Assembly: GCA_048013815.1 (NCBI GenBank)
Contig: CM106585.1
Location: 11,470,001 to 11,534,000, forward strand
Direction of reading: 5' to 3'
Origin: Setoptus koraiensis
Taxonomy: Eukaryota; Animalia; Arthropoda
DNA: 64,000 bases
In this document: piece by piece, positions 15,297 to 25,920 of the stretch
How positions within the stretch are numbered: position 1 is the stretch's first letter
How the letters are laid out: each line of letters opens with the position of its first letter
Program-made: the position numbers and the translations under genes
Notes under the pieces: generated by a model
The model's database searches: none
Told to the model about the DNA's origin: nothing
The model's input: the letters and a program-made list of their open reading frames with translations, nothing else

Positions 15297-16954
15297 TCAC
15301 AGATATAATCCCTCTGGTGTGCCTTCTTTCTTTCTGTACAAGACAGTTTCTTTTGAACTGCGGAAATCCTCCATAGTGACTTTCATTCTGCGCTCACGTA
15401 ATGCCAACAAACCAGCTTCGGTACAAACTGCCTTTATATCAGCGCCACTTAGGTCATCTTTAGCCATGACGAGCTCATCAAAGGCAACATCTTCAGCTAG
15501 GGTCATCTTTGAGGTGTGAATGTTAAAGATGCGACGTTTTGTTTTTTCGTCTGGAAGCGGAAATTCAATCTTACGGTCGATTCGACCTGGACGGATCAAG
15601 GCTGGGTCAAGAGTTTCTATGCGATTTGTAGCCATGATAACTTTGACGTCGCCTCGTGAATCAAATCCATCCAATTGATTGAGCAACTCCAACATGGTAC
15701 GTTGTATCTCACGCTCTCCACCCGAGTTTGAATCATACCTGAAGATATTGAGAATTTAAAGACATCCATATACATTGATTAGTTTAGTGCGATATAAACT
15801 TGACGTCAGAATTTATCTGATATTTTCATTATCGATTACTTACCGTTTTGTTCCTACCGCATCAATTTCATCAATGAATACAATTGAGGGCGCATGTTCC
15901 TCTGCTACACGAAACAGTTCGCGTACTAGTTTAGGTCCATCACCAAGATACTTTTGAATGAGCTCAGATCCCACAACCCGAAGAAATGTTGCCGATGTTT
16001 GATTGGCAACAGCTTTAGCCAAGAGAGTTTTTCCTGTACCAGGCTGTCCATATAATATGACACCTTTGGGCGGTCGTATACCCATCTCTTCGTAGTATTC
16101 TGGATGAGTTAAGGGCAATTCTACGGATTCCTTAATTTCTTGAATTTGTTGATCTAGACCACCTATATCTGCGTAAGTTTCCTGTGGAGCTTTCTCTAAT
16201 TTCATGACTGTAACCATCGGATCAACGTCATCATTTAAGACACCCACGACAGCGTGCACTTTATGGTTCAGTAGTACACAACAGTTTGGTTCTAGTTGTT
16301 CTTTGTCAACAAAGCTCAGAATCGAAACATAATGCTCGGAACCAACCGACGTGGACACAATGGCATGGTTGTCATCAATGATTTCTTCTAGATTGCCAAC
16401 ACTCATTGGTGTTCCCCTTAGATCATCTACTTTTGATTGTTCATCATCGTCTTTTTCCTCTTGTTTGATATTTAAGGTGGCGTTACAATTCTTGAGAAAT
16501 TCTTCCTCCATCAGGAGCCAATCATTGATCCTCTCTAATTTCAGCAATTTCAGTCTACAACGAGCATGTGGTGTCACTGCTGGCAACTTGGAGGCTACAT
16601 GAAGGAAATAGAGTAATAAGAGTTAATTAGATGTTTGATTTGTTGATTTTTCGATTCTCTGTAGTCACAAATTTAGGAATCTGTTACTTCACATCTTAAT
16701 TCCAGTGCTACTGACCTGCCTCTGGACCTTTCCTGGGCTTCCTACGACCTTTGCCGCGAGCTCTAGGTGGAGGGGGCGCTTGCCTTTCTCTCTTTTTACC
16801 GTCCTTATTTTTGTCACCATGGTTGCCACCCATGTTACCCGATGGTTGATTGCCCTGTTCGTGGATCGAAAGCAGACGATTAGCGTTAGAGGTCTGTAGT
16901 GAAGATTGAAAAGATAACAGAAAATAATAATGTCATTGATTAGGTTCTTACCAT
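15297..16954 (-). CDS. PSMC1: 26S proteasome AAA-ATPase subunit Rpt2 (regulatory subunit 4); exons 16954-16952 (ATG), 16854-16716, 16594-15844, 15738-15297; 444 aa
   Basis: Walker A GQPGTGKT, Walker [33 protein letters not shown] and C-terminal [12 protein letters not shown] introns join in frame to give M|GNQPSG...KGPEA|[13 protein letters not shown]...GTKR|[10 protein letters not shown]. Confidence 0.96.
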
Positions 16955-17524
16955 TCTTTACAAAAATTCCAATTGTAGCTAGACAATAGTATGTATGTTT
17001 TTATATTTGATGAATCGTAATTAGTATGTTGGCAATAGAAATTTATTGATGTTACAGCAAATTGTGGGTAAAGTGTGATGTTAGAAAAAAAGAATACTAA
17101 TAATATTAGTGAATCATGATCTCTTTGAAAATGGCTGACTAATAATTGCCTTTATTAACAGATCAGATGTTTTGAGAATTGAAGCATTTTGTCGCATGCA
17201 GCTTGTTTGTGTGTAAATGAAACATTACCAAATCACTTTGAGTTTTTCAACACCAGGCGGACATACCGGTTAATAGATATGGCATTCATAGAATTGTATG
17301 TTGCGATTGACTGCAATCAAGTCTTTTGTTCGCCATCTATAGTAAAGAATAAAAAATACTCTGACAAATGAATCATGTGATCTGCAGCACAATTTCGATG
17401 CGACGTACAGTAAAGTTCAGCCAAATGCGAAAAATTGGGACCAAAAAGCGAGCGCACGTTTTAAATTCACACTCATCATTTCGACATGGAGGCGGACAGT
17501 CACTTTCAATTTTTCATTTATTAT

Positions 17525-18012
17525 TATCATCTCTTTAGCATCCTTATGCATATTTAGACAAATGCAATGTGGCTAGGAATTGTGATGCAATCGATACTAC
17601 CGGATCCGATACAACTGTGACAACACTTCATGCCTCAGCTGAAGGCCAGAAATCATTTTAGATCATTGTTATTATTATTATTACACAAATTAGCTCAAAC
17701 AAACATACACTTAACGCTACTTAAATCATATGTTGATTATATGACAATAACATTATGTCATTATGATCATCACCTTCGTGATATCCTATCAATAGGAAAT
17801 AATGATCTTAGTTACTACCCATTAGATGGGTGAGGCCGCAAAATAATTCAGATTGACATGAATCATAGCATTACACAACCACCAAGAGAGACTTTGTATC
17901 ATCTCTTTAGCATCCTAATGCATATTTAGACAAATGCAATGTGACTAGGAATTGTGATGCAATTGATACCACCGGATCCGATACAACTGTGACGACACTT
18001 CATGCCTCAGCT
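17525..18012. repeat. 116-bp direct repeat pair inside the transposon (17525-17640 and 17897-18012)
   Basis: The two copies differ at 5 positions by eye. Confidence 0.9.
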
Positions 18013-18210
18013 TATTAAATGACATATTGTAAATATGACAATATATATAAACACAAATATATACACAGATATACATTTATGGACATCTTATTTAGGATAA
18101 CACGATCAAAAACTAGACCTGCCAAACTATCCAACCAAAAAGACAGAAATACTTCGGCCTAGGAACTTCTTGATAAGCTGACTGTAGATAAGCCTTTATT
18201 AATATCACTA

Positions 18211-19560
18211 TCAATCAACATGCATTTCATCACGATCAACATCAAACCAATCATCATCAGTATCATTCTCTTTCTTGTCATCAATCATGGATTTAGTCAA
18301 CAGACCGGAAATGTATTGCTCATAGTCAATTGAATCAACAAACAGATGTGAAGCTCTCTTGTACCTTTCACTCACTTCGTCTTCTACATCATCACTGTCA
18401 ATAAATATCACCGGCATATCACTCAAATCACGTTTAAAGCCGCATTTCTTCCAACAGTTAATGATTGTTGTCTCACTCACTTCATTCCAAGCACTTGAAC
18501 ACCAATTTATAACTTGCATCAGATCGATGTCTTTGAAGATCCGTTTACTTGTCTTGTACTTTTCATAGTTCTCGAACATGTGGTCGAGCAGCTTTGACAT
18601 GTAACGAGTCTTGAAAGAGTGAATGATGCCTTGATCGAGAGGCTGTGTCAACGATGTCGTGTTTTTTGGCAAAAATTTTAGTTCGATGGTTGGGTACTTT
18701 GTCATGTCAATTTTCTCATGTTGCTTTGCATTGTCAACGAGCAAAATGATTCGTTGGTGACTGTCTAGAAGCTCTTGATGCAAATTGGACAATATAGTTT
18801 CGAAGATCTCTCTTGTTATGAACGAGCTCTCAGTGCTGTAGTAATCAACCGGAAGTCTCTTCAAGTCATGTTTAACCGATTTGAAGCATCTTGGTCTTCT
18901 GACATTACCTACTATCACTGGCTTCCGCTTCTGACCTGAACAATTTACAAAAAATGCAACAGTCACAGCCTCTTTGTGTGTTTTCAGACCCTGTCTTTTT
19001 GAGCCTGACCGACAGTTTGTGCGAGCTGGATGTTGCTTCCAAAACAGTCTACTCTCATCGAAATTCCAAAGATCGAAGTTTGTCCATTCATGCAAAATTT
19101 TAGGTATTTCAGCACTCTTGAACTGATCAGCAGCTTCGTGGTCGGCAGACAAAACTTCTCCGCATAGTGTGCCCGTTGTTATTTTATATCTGGCTTTGAA
19201 GCAGCGCCACCAGCCCTTTGATTTCATTGTATGGCCTTTACCTTCCTTTCCAGCCACTACCTTTCTCACCATTAATGTATTAACAGGCAACCCGTTTTTG
19301 CGGTACTCTTCGACTTTGAGCAATCCTTGTGCATCTAATTCCAAAGGTGCATTGTGGGCAATTTTGGTTTGATGGTTGTTGAAAACACGACAAACATCCA
19401 ATATACGTTCTTTATCATGAAGAATTCTATAAACTTGAGACAAACTGAGATTATATATTTGCGCCAGTTCTCTTGGAACATATTTTTGTGAATCAGTAAT
19501 TAACTCCTTTCTCTCTTTAAATGTCGTGTTTCTTCTTCTTCTCACACGTCTTCTAGGCAT
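18211..19560 (-). CDS. pogo/Tigger transposase (CENP-B-type HTH + DDE_1), ~449 aa
   Basis: N-terminal HTH region (ELAQIYNLSLSQVYRIL; SKGWWRCFKARY). Catalytic WNFDES, LLVDNAKQH and QPLDQGII, with 32 residues between the 2nd and 3rd Asp (DD32D). Acidic C-terminal tail. Start taken at MPRRRVRRRR. Confidence 0.88.
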   Translation of the reverse strand: MPRRRVRRRRNTTFKERKELITDSQKYVPRELAQIYNLSLSQVYRILHDKERILDVCRVFNNHQTKIAHNAPLELDAQGLLKVEEYRKNGLPVNTLMVRKVVAGKEGKGHTMKSKGWWRCFKARYKITTGTLCGEVLSADHEAADQFKSAEIPKILHEWTNFDLWNFDESRLFWKQHPARTNCRSGSKRQGLKTHKEAVTVAFFVNCSGQKRKPVIVGNVRRPRCFKSVKHDLKRLPVDYYSTESSFITREIFETILSNLHQELLDSHQRIILLVDNAKQHEKIDMTKYPTIELKFLPKNTTSLTQPLDQGIIHSFKTRYMSKLLDHMFENYEKYKTSKRIFKDIDLMQVINWCSSAWNEVSETTIINCWKKCGFKRDLSDMPVIFIDSDDVEDEVSERYKRASHLFVDSIDYEQYISGLLTKSMIDDKKENDTDDDWFDVDRDEMHVD

Positions 19561-20023
19561 TTTGGAACAAAATAAATAGCGAATAGAGGACCTTGGATAT
19601 ACACAGGACTGATAAAGATGAGCCATAGATGACCGGCAGCAACCAAAAAGTTCGCTAGAAACACATGGATGCACAAAGATTCGATTTTACCGCGAGAGAA
19701 TAAAGTGAAAATAGCAAAAACGTGATCAATTTTCGCATTTGGACAGCATTCGCATTTGGCTGAACTTCACTGTATTCACAAATAAGGTAATGCAAAGTCA
19801 TGGAGTGAATGTACATGTAAATAAATCAATTATGTTATCTTTGTCTACACTCCTCTGTTATCCAATATACATTACTTCACTTTCTCTATGAACGTATCAT
19901 CATTATCCTTTTTTATTTGATTTATATTTCTTGTATTGATCTTATGGAATTTTAGTCACACACACATCATTCATTTGATAGAATAGCAACCAAATAAATC
20001 AACAACAGAAGATACAAGACAAA

Positions 20024-20617
20024 ATGGAAAAACATTTGTTTAATCTCAAATTTGCAGCCAAAGAATTAGAGAGAAACTCAAAGAGGTGCAACAAACAGGA
20101 GAAGATCGAAAAGGACAAGGCGAAGAAATGTATTGCAAATGGTCAAATCGAAAACGCCAAGATACATGCTGAAAATGCGATCAGGCAGAAAAATCAGGCC
20201 ACAAATTACTTAAGAATGGCAGCCCGTATCGATGCTGTGGCCAGTCGTGTTCAGACTGCAGTCACAACTAAAAAAGTCACCACTTCGATGACAGGAGTCG
20301 TCAAGGCAATGGATTCCGCCATGAGCAGTTTAAATTTGGAGAAAATTTCTGGTGTTATGGATAAATTTGAGAAACAATTTGAAGATCTCGATGTACAATC
20401 ATCATACATGGAGAACACAATGAGTTCTACAACGACAGTATCGACACCCCAAGGTGAAGTTGACAATCTGATGCAACAGATAGCGGACGAGGCCGGACTA
20501 GAGCTTAATCTAGAACTGTCTCACGGGGTAAAGTCATCTGTGTTGCCCTCCGCAACTATTGTCTCTCAGGAACAGGATGAGCTCACCAAGAGATTGGAAC
20601 AACTGAGGAATGCCTAA
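20024..20617 (+). CDS. CHMP1B: ESCRT-III charged multivesicular body protein 1b (Did2/Vps46), intronless CDS, 197 aa
   Basis: MEKHLFNLKFAAKEL, IHAENAIRQKNQA, ARIDAVASRVQTAVT, MDKFEKQFEDLDVQ, ADEAGLELNLEL and the C-terminal MIM DELTKRLEQLR. Confidence 0.95.
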   Translation: MEKHLFNLKFAAKELERNSKRCNKQEKIEKDKAKKCIANGQIENAKIHAENAIRQKNQATNYLRMAARIDAVASRVQTAVTTKKVTTSMTGVVKAMDSAMSSLNLEKISGVMDKFEKQFEDLDVQSSYMENTMSSTTTVSTPQGEVDNLMQQIADEAGLELNLELSHGVKSSVLPSATIVSQEQDELTKRLEQLRNA

Positions 20618-21036
20618 TCACCTTACACATATGAATGAGTGAACACCGTGATGTAGTAATCCAATATGATTGCTAAATTCTGTTGTTTTATAGCTTATTA
20701 AAACGAAGAAAAAACAATAAATGTATAGCTTATCGTTGTTAGTTTACAACAGTGCAAACTTCTAGATCGGATGGTCAGCGCGGATGAAGTTGATATTTAT
20801 CGTTCATTGTAGCTATATGATGGTAAATTTGACCTTCAGCACCTCTGTTGTTTGTATCTGTCATATATTGTTGCGGATTATCTGAATATCTACTCGTCTT
20901 CGATCTAGGTGTAAACAGTTTGCTTTTCGTATGTAAGCCAAACAATTGACAAGTTTTCTTGATCAATCGTGCAATGGTGCTCATCGTTATCAGATACTCG
21001 TGGTCTCTATTCAGAGGCGCCCTCCAGAATTCAAGT

Positions 21037-23037
21037 TTATAATGCGAAGTGTAGGATCAATATAATGCCAGATATAATCCACCCTACCAGCTGCACAAGA
21101 GATTTGTGATGAAAGACAAAATACAAAGTCAGTCTGTTGTAGTGATGTGATCACTCGAAAATATTTCTTACATTTTTACCAACCATTGGCAAGTTTTCGA
21201 GTGTCACTGGATATCTAGCTGCGATTAAAAATGTGATATTCCGGACATCGTGTAGATCATCCCTTACATAAATCAGTCGCTCTACGTTCCAGGTAGTCAT
21301 GAACGGCTGATGAATTAGCAGATTCTGTATGGCATGATATATTTTTGTGAACTGACATTGAGAATAATACGAATGGGGGTTGATATTGGTTGAAAGATGA
21401 AGATGTTCAAGTTGCACCCAGGATCGAAGGATAAAGTTCAATAGGCTTAAAGCTTGTACCAACATACTGACCCTGCTATGGATAACACCAACAGTGAAGC
21501 TTATATACACAACAGGAAACGAAAAACCAAGAAAAAGAGAACTTAATGCTGGGAGTTCTGGATCTTTAAAGTCTGGCATTCTCATGATGGTGGCAACAGT
21601 CAACATGACACACGGCATCATGAAAATAAGTTCTAAATTTAGATAGTCGTTGAAATTTCGCTTTAATTGACCAAAATCGCCGCGCAACCCAGATATCATT
21701 CTTATAAGTTTCTCAACATGGTTGGATATCTCAATCGAATTCTCAGTTTTATTCCTTCTGATTAAAACACTGACTGAATTGAATTCTCGGTGAAACAAAT
21801 TTCTAGGATGATGGTTGAAAGTCTTGTCGTCCATGGCTGCCAGTATTTTCAGTCTATTTTTGTGAATTCTAGTTTGCTTACGATAGAGTTCATTCAATTC
21901 TCTGGCATATCTCAGTGTGCGCTTTGCTTTGCTAAAACAAACGAAACAATCCCAAATAAATGGTGTAATATCTAAAAATTGATGGAGTATTATATGATTC
22001 AAGATAACGCCAAGCAAAATAGAAATGAGGCGCTCTGTCGTGAATAATTTCTCGGAATCTTGATAGTTATACACCTTACTGGATATTAACATCGGGAAAA
22101 CAGCCACACCCAAGAGAAAAAATAGTGATAACCACCCTAAAACTATCCAATGAGCTAAAAATCTCATTGACGCTTTATCGACCATGTGAGGACTGCCATT
22201 TTTCAGAAAATGTTTGGGAAATTTAAGCTGATAATTGATCTCCCGAAAATCATCGTTGAAATCAAACAATATTTCATGCCTCGCGTTGCTCGAATTTCCG
22301 GATTTCGCCGATTTCGCACTGGCGTCACATACATCTATGTAGCTACTTCTAGATTTATGATAACCGAAATTAGCTTCGATGCGATTAAATGTGTCACTTT
22401 TCTTCTCTTGTGACATTTTAAACCCTCCAGATTTCGGCGTGACAACGTTGCAATTACAACTTTCTCTTTGTCTAGCTGTTCGTTCGCTCAACTTGTCCTT
22501 AGATTGGACTAAATTAGTGTAGCCCATGATATAGAGCCAGGCTCGTGGGGTTAATTTGAAACAATTGAAATAAGTCATAACTATATCATACTGTCTGGGG
22601 CGATAATTTGCACTCATACTTCTACGCAGATGTTTAACACGGAAAATGTAAGTTTCAATCAGAAGTATAGCTACAATTCTGTTCACCACCTGAGAGTATC
22701 TATAATTAACATATGGGTCGGTTATCAAATTCCATTTACGCAGTTCCTGAATAACACTCTCATCACAGAAGCCAATTACTAATGAATTGATCGCTATGTA
22801 GATTCCAAAAAGAAAATCAGATAGCATATAGAGCAAATAGTGTGGCTTTCGCTGTCTATTATTTAAGAAAATTTTTACTCTGCCGATTAATATACTCATC
22901 CTTCTGTGATTCCTCTTGTCGTCGAACTGTTCCGATGATATTTCTTGCACTTCATCGGGCAGCAAATTCACTGAACCATTGACAATTGAACAGGAGAAAA
23001 TCAGTGGAAAGAATATGTTAATTCTGATGGAATCCAT
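21037..23037 (-). CDS. Gustatory-receptor-like 7TM protein, copy 1; exons 23037-21472, 21351-21184, 21090-21037; 595 aa
   Basis: Two phase-0 GT-AG introns at positions shared by all paralogs. About 7 hydrophobic segments. The spliced C-terminus ITFLIAARYPVTLENLPM|LVGWIISGIILILHFAL fits the GR TM7 spacing (hFt..g.f.i....l..i...i.TYhhhhhQF). The family call rests on motif and topology only. Confidence 0.75.
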
Positions 23038-23370
23038 TTCGTGATTTGTTGTGGCAAAAAAATAGTTCTCTCTAAAATGCTGATGGGAGACGGGTTTAAA
23101 TATTTTAAACTTTAAGGTAGCATCATCTGAGACAAAATCGTATGCAACGTGTCTGTTCATTATTCACATTGCAGATCTTTTTCGATCATAAATCTCGATT
23201 GAATTTTTTTTTCTTGTCTTTTCAGGAAATTTGTTGCGAATATTCATTGTCCACCACGCATAGCCTAATAGCCAAGTAACATGTTATCTTTGTTTGATTA
23301 AGCGATCTAATGATCCAGACACCGGTCTAGAGCACGTCAACTCAACCGATTGACAATGTACCTTCTGACC

Positions 23371-24150
23371 TTAAGAGTGTACATAACGCACGAATTGAGT
23401 GCACAATGATAAAAATGGCAAAACTCCAAGGTCGATCAAAACTACGAGCTGATCGAGGTGGAAACTCAATGGTTTGAACCACATCCAGCCATTTGTGCTA
23501 TTCCTTCCATTTGGCAGAAGCGTTAGAAATGGTTTTGTACTCTGGCGAAAGACCGTGTGGTTCAAACCACGAGCATACGACCATGTAACAATTTCTATCG
23601 CCACACTGTAGAGGCGCCCTCCTAACTTCAAATTTATAATGATCAATATAGTGCCAGATATAATCCATCCAACCAGCTACACAAGAAATTCGTGATGATG
23701 ATGAAGACAAAATACAAAGTCAGTCTATTGAAGGGGCTGTGATCACTCGGAATTTTTTTTTTATATTTTTACCAACCATTGGCAAGTTTTCGAGTGTCAC
23801 TGGATATCTAGCTGCGATCAGAAATGCGGTATTCTGGACATCTCCTAGATCATCCGTTCCATCATCATCGCTGTACGTTCCAGGTAGTCATGAACGGCTG
23901 ATGAATTAGCAGACTCTGCAAGGCATGATATATTTTTGTGAACTAACATTTAGAATAATACGAATGGGGGTTGAAATCGGTTGAAAGATGCAGATGGTCA
24001 AGTTGCTCTGATTACAGATTCAACGGATGGCTTTGATAGGTTAAAAGCTTGTGCCAACATTCTGACCCTACGATGGATAACGCCAACAATGTAACTTATA
24101 TACACTATAGGGAGCCATTAACCGAGATAGAGCAAGCGAAGGGGTTGTCT
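23371..24150 (-). pseudogene. GR-like copy 2, 5'-truncated pseudogene
   Basis: Only the end of exon 1 (~24150-24067, TAC>TAA in LG*WLPIVYISY), exon 2 (23942-23777; 166 nt vs 168) and exon 3 (from 23676) remain. An 11-nt deletion in exon 3 removes the normal stop, and the frame reads on to 23371. Confidence 0.75.
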
Positions 24151-24492
24151 CATTTTAGGGTGTTTTTATTTTTGGTCTATCTTTCTTTTCCGGTGACAAA
24201 ACAATTCAATCTTTGGTATAGTAGAAACAAGTGTCTGTAAGAACTTGCATGAAATAGGCAAAAGCCGGATCGAATTTTAACTCACAAAAAGAGGATGTGC
24301 TTTAGTTCCATCACAGAGAAACAATTGCAAGTCCGGTCGATACCAAGAGAAAAAACAATGATCAATGGGATTGCTAAAAGTTTGCTTTCCGAATATAAAC
24401 CAAACAATCGCTTCTTGATCAATCGTGCAATGGTGCTCATCGTTATCAGATACTCGTGGTCTCTCTCCGAAAGCGCCCTCCTAAATTCAAAT

Positions 24493-25920
24493 TTATGATG
24501 CGAAATGTAGGATCAATATAATGCCAGATATAATCCATCCAACCAGCTACACAAGAGATTTGTGATGAAAGACAAAATACAAAGTCAGTCTGTTGTAGTG
24601 ATGTGATCACTCGGAAATATTTCTTACATTTTTACCAACCATTGGCAAGTTTTCGAGTGTCACTGGATATCTAGCTGCGATCAGAAATGCGGTGTTCTGG
24701 ACATCTCCTAGATCATCCGTTACAATCATCAATTGCTGTACGTTCCAGGGAGTCATGAACGACTGATGAATTAGCAGATTCTGTATAGCGTGATATATTT
24801 TTGTGAACTATGATTGAGAATCAAAAGAGCGAGGTTTGAAGTTTTCCGTAAGATGAACATTGTCAAGTTGCTTCGATTTCCGATTCAAAGGGTGATGTTC
24901 AATAGGTTTAAAGCTTGTGCAAGCATACTGACCTTGCTATGGATAACACCAACAGTGAAGCTTATATACACAACAGGAAACGAAAAACCAAGAAAAAGAG
25001 AACTTAATGCCGGAAATTCGGGTTCTTTAAAGCCTGGCATTCTCATGATGGTGGCAACAGTCAACATGACACAAGGCACCTTAAAGATAATTTCCAAATT
25101 AAGATAGTCGCTGAAGTTTCGCTTTAATTGACCAAAATCGTTGCGCAACTCGGTTACCATTTCTATAAGGGTATCAACATGGCCGGATATGTCAATCGAA
25201 TTCTCAGTTTTGTTCCTTAAGACTAAAGCATCGACTGGATAGTATCCGGAATGGAACAATATTCCAGCATGATAGTCGAAAGTCTTGTCGTCAACGGCGA
25301 CCAATATTTTCATTCCATTGTTGTAAATTCTAGTTTGCTTACGATAGAGTTCATTCAATTCTCTGGCGAATCCCAGTGTACACTTTGCTTTGCTAAAACA
25401 GACAAAACAATTTAGGATGAATGGTGCAACGTCTAGAAATAGAAAGATTGTTATAAGTATCGAGATAATGCCAAGAAAAAAAGAAACGAGGCGCTCTCTC
25501 ACGAATAGTATCATGGAATCTTGATATTTATAATAATCCGTCAATATCAATATAGGAAAAATTGCCACATCCGAGATATAAAATAGCGTTAACCACCCGA
25601 CAAACACCCAATGAGCTAAAAATCTCAGTGACGCTTTATCGACCATGTGAGGACTGCCTTTTATCAGAAAGTGTTTGGGAAATTTAAGCTGATAATTGAT
25701 CTCCCGAAAATCATCGTTGAAATCAAACAATATTTTTCCACGCTCCGCCCGTCCTGCGTTGTTCGAATTTCCGATCGTTTCCGCCTTGTTATCACACACA
25801 CCTCTATAGCTAGTCCCACCAATATACGGTCTTTCAGATTTATGGTAACCGAAATTACTTTCGGTGCGATTAAATATGTCGCTTTTCTTCTCTTGTGACA
25901 TCTCAAATCCTCCAGGTTTT
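24493..25920 (-). CDS. GR-like copy 3, 3' half (end of exon 1 to 24933; exon 2 24807-24640; exon 3 24546-24493)
   Basis: Intact frame homologous to copy 1, ending ...LPM|LVGWIISGIILILHFAS*. Homology stops abruptly at 25920, where poly-G/C noise begins. Confidence 0.8.

Larger units (their letters stand above)
17408..19772 (-). mobile_element. Full-length pogo/Tigger-family DNA transposon (Tc1/mariner superfamily), 2365 bp
   Basis: 24-bp TIRs CAGTAAAGTTCAGCCAAATGCGAA (17408-17431) and TTCGCATTTGGCTGAACTTCACTG (19749-19772), matching at 23/24. Flanked by TA (17406-7 and 19773-4). Contains an uninterrupted transposase ORF. Confidence 0.92.
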
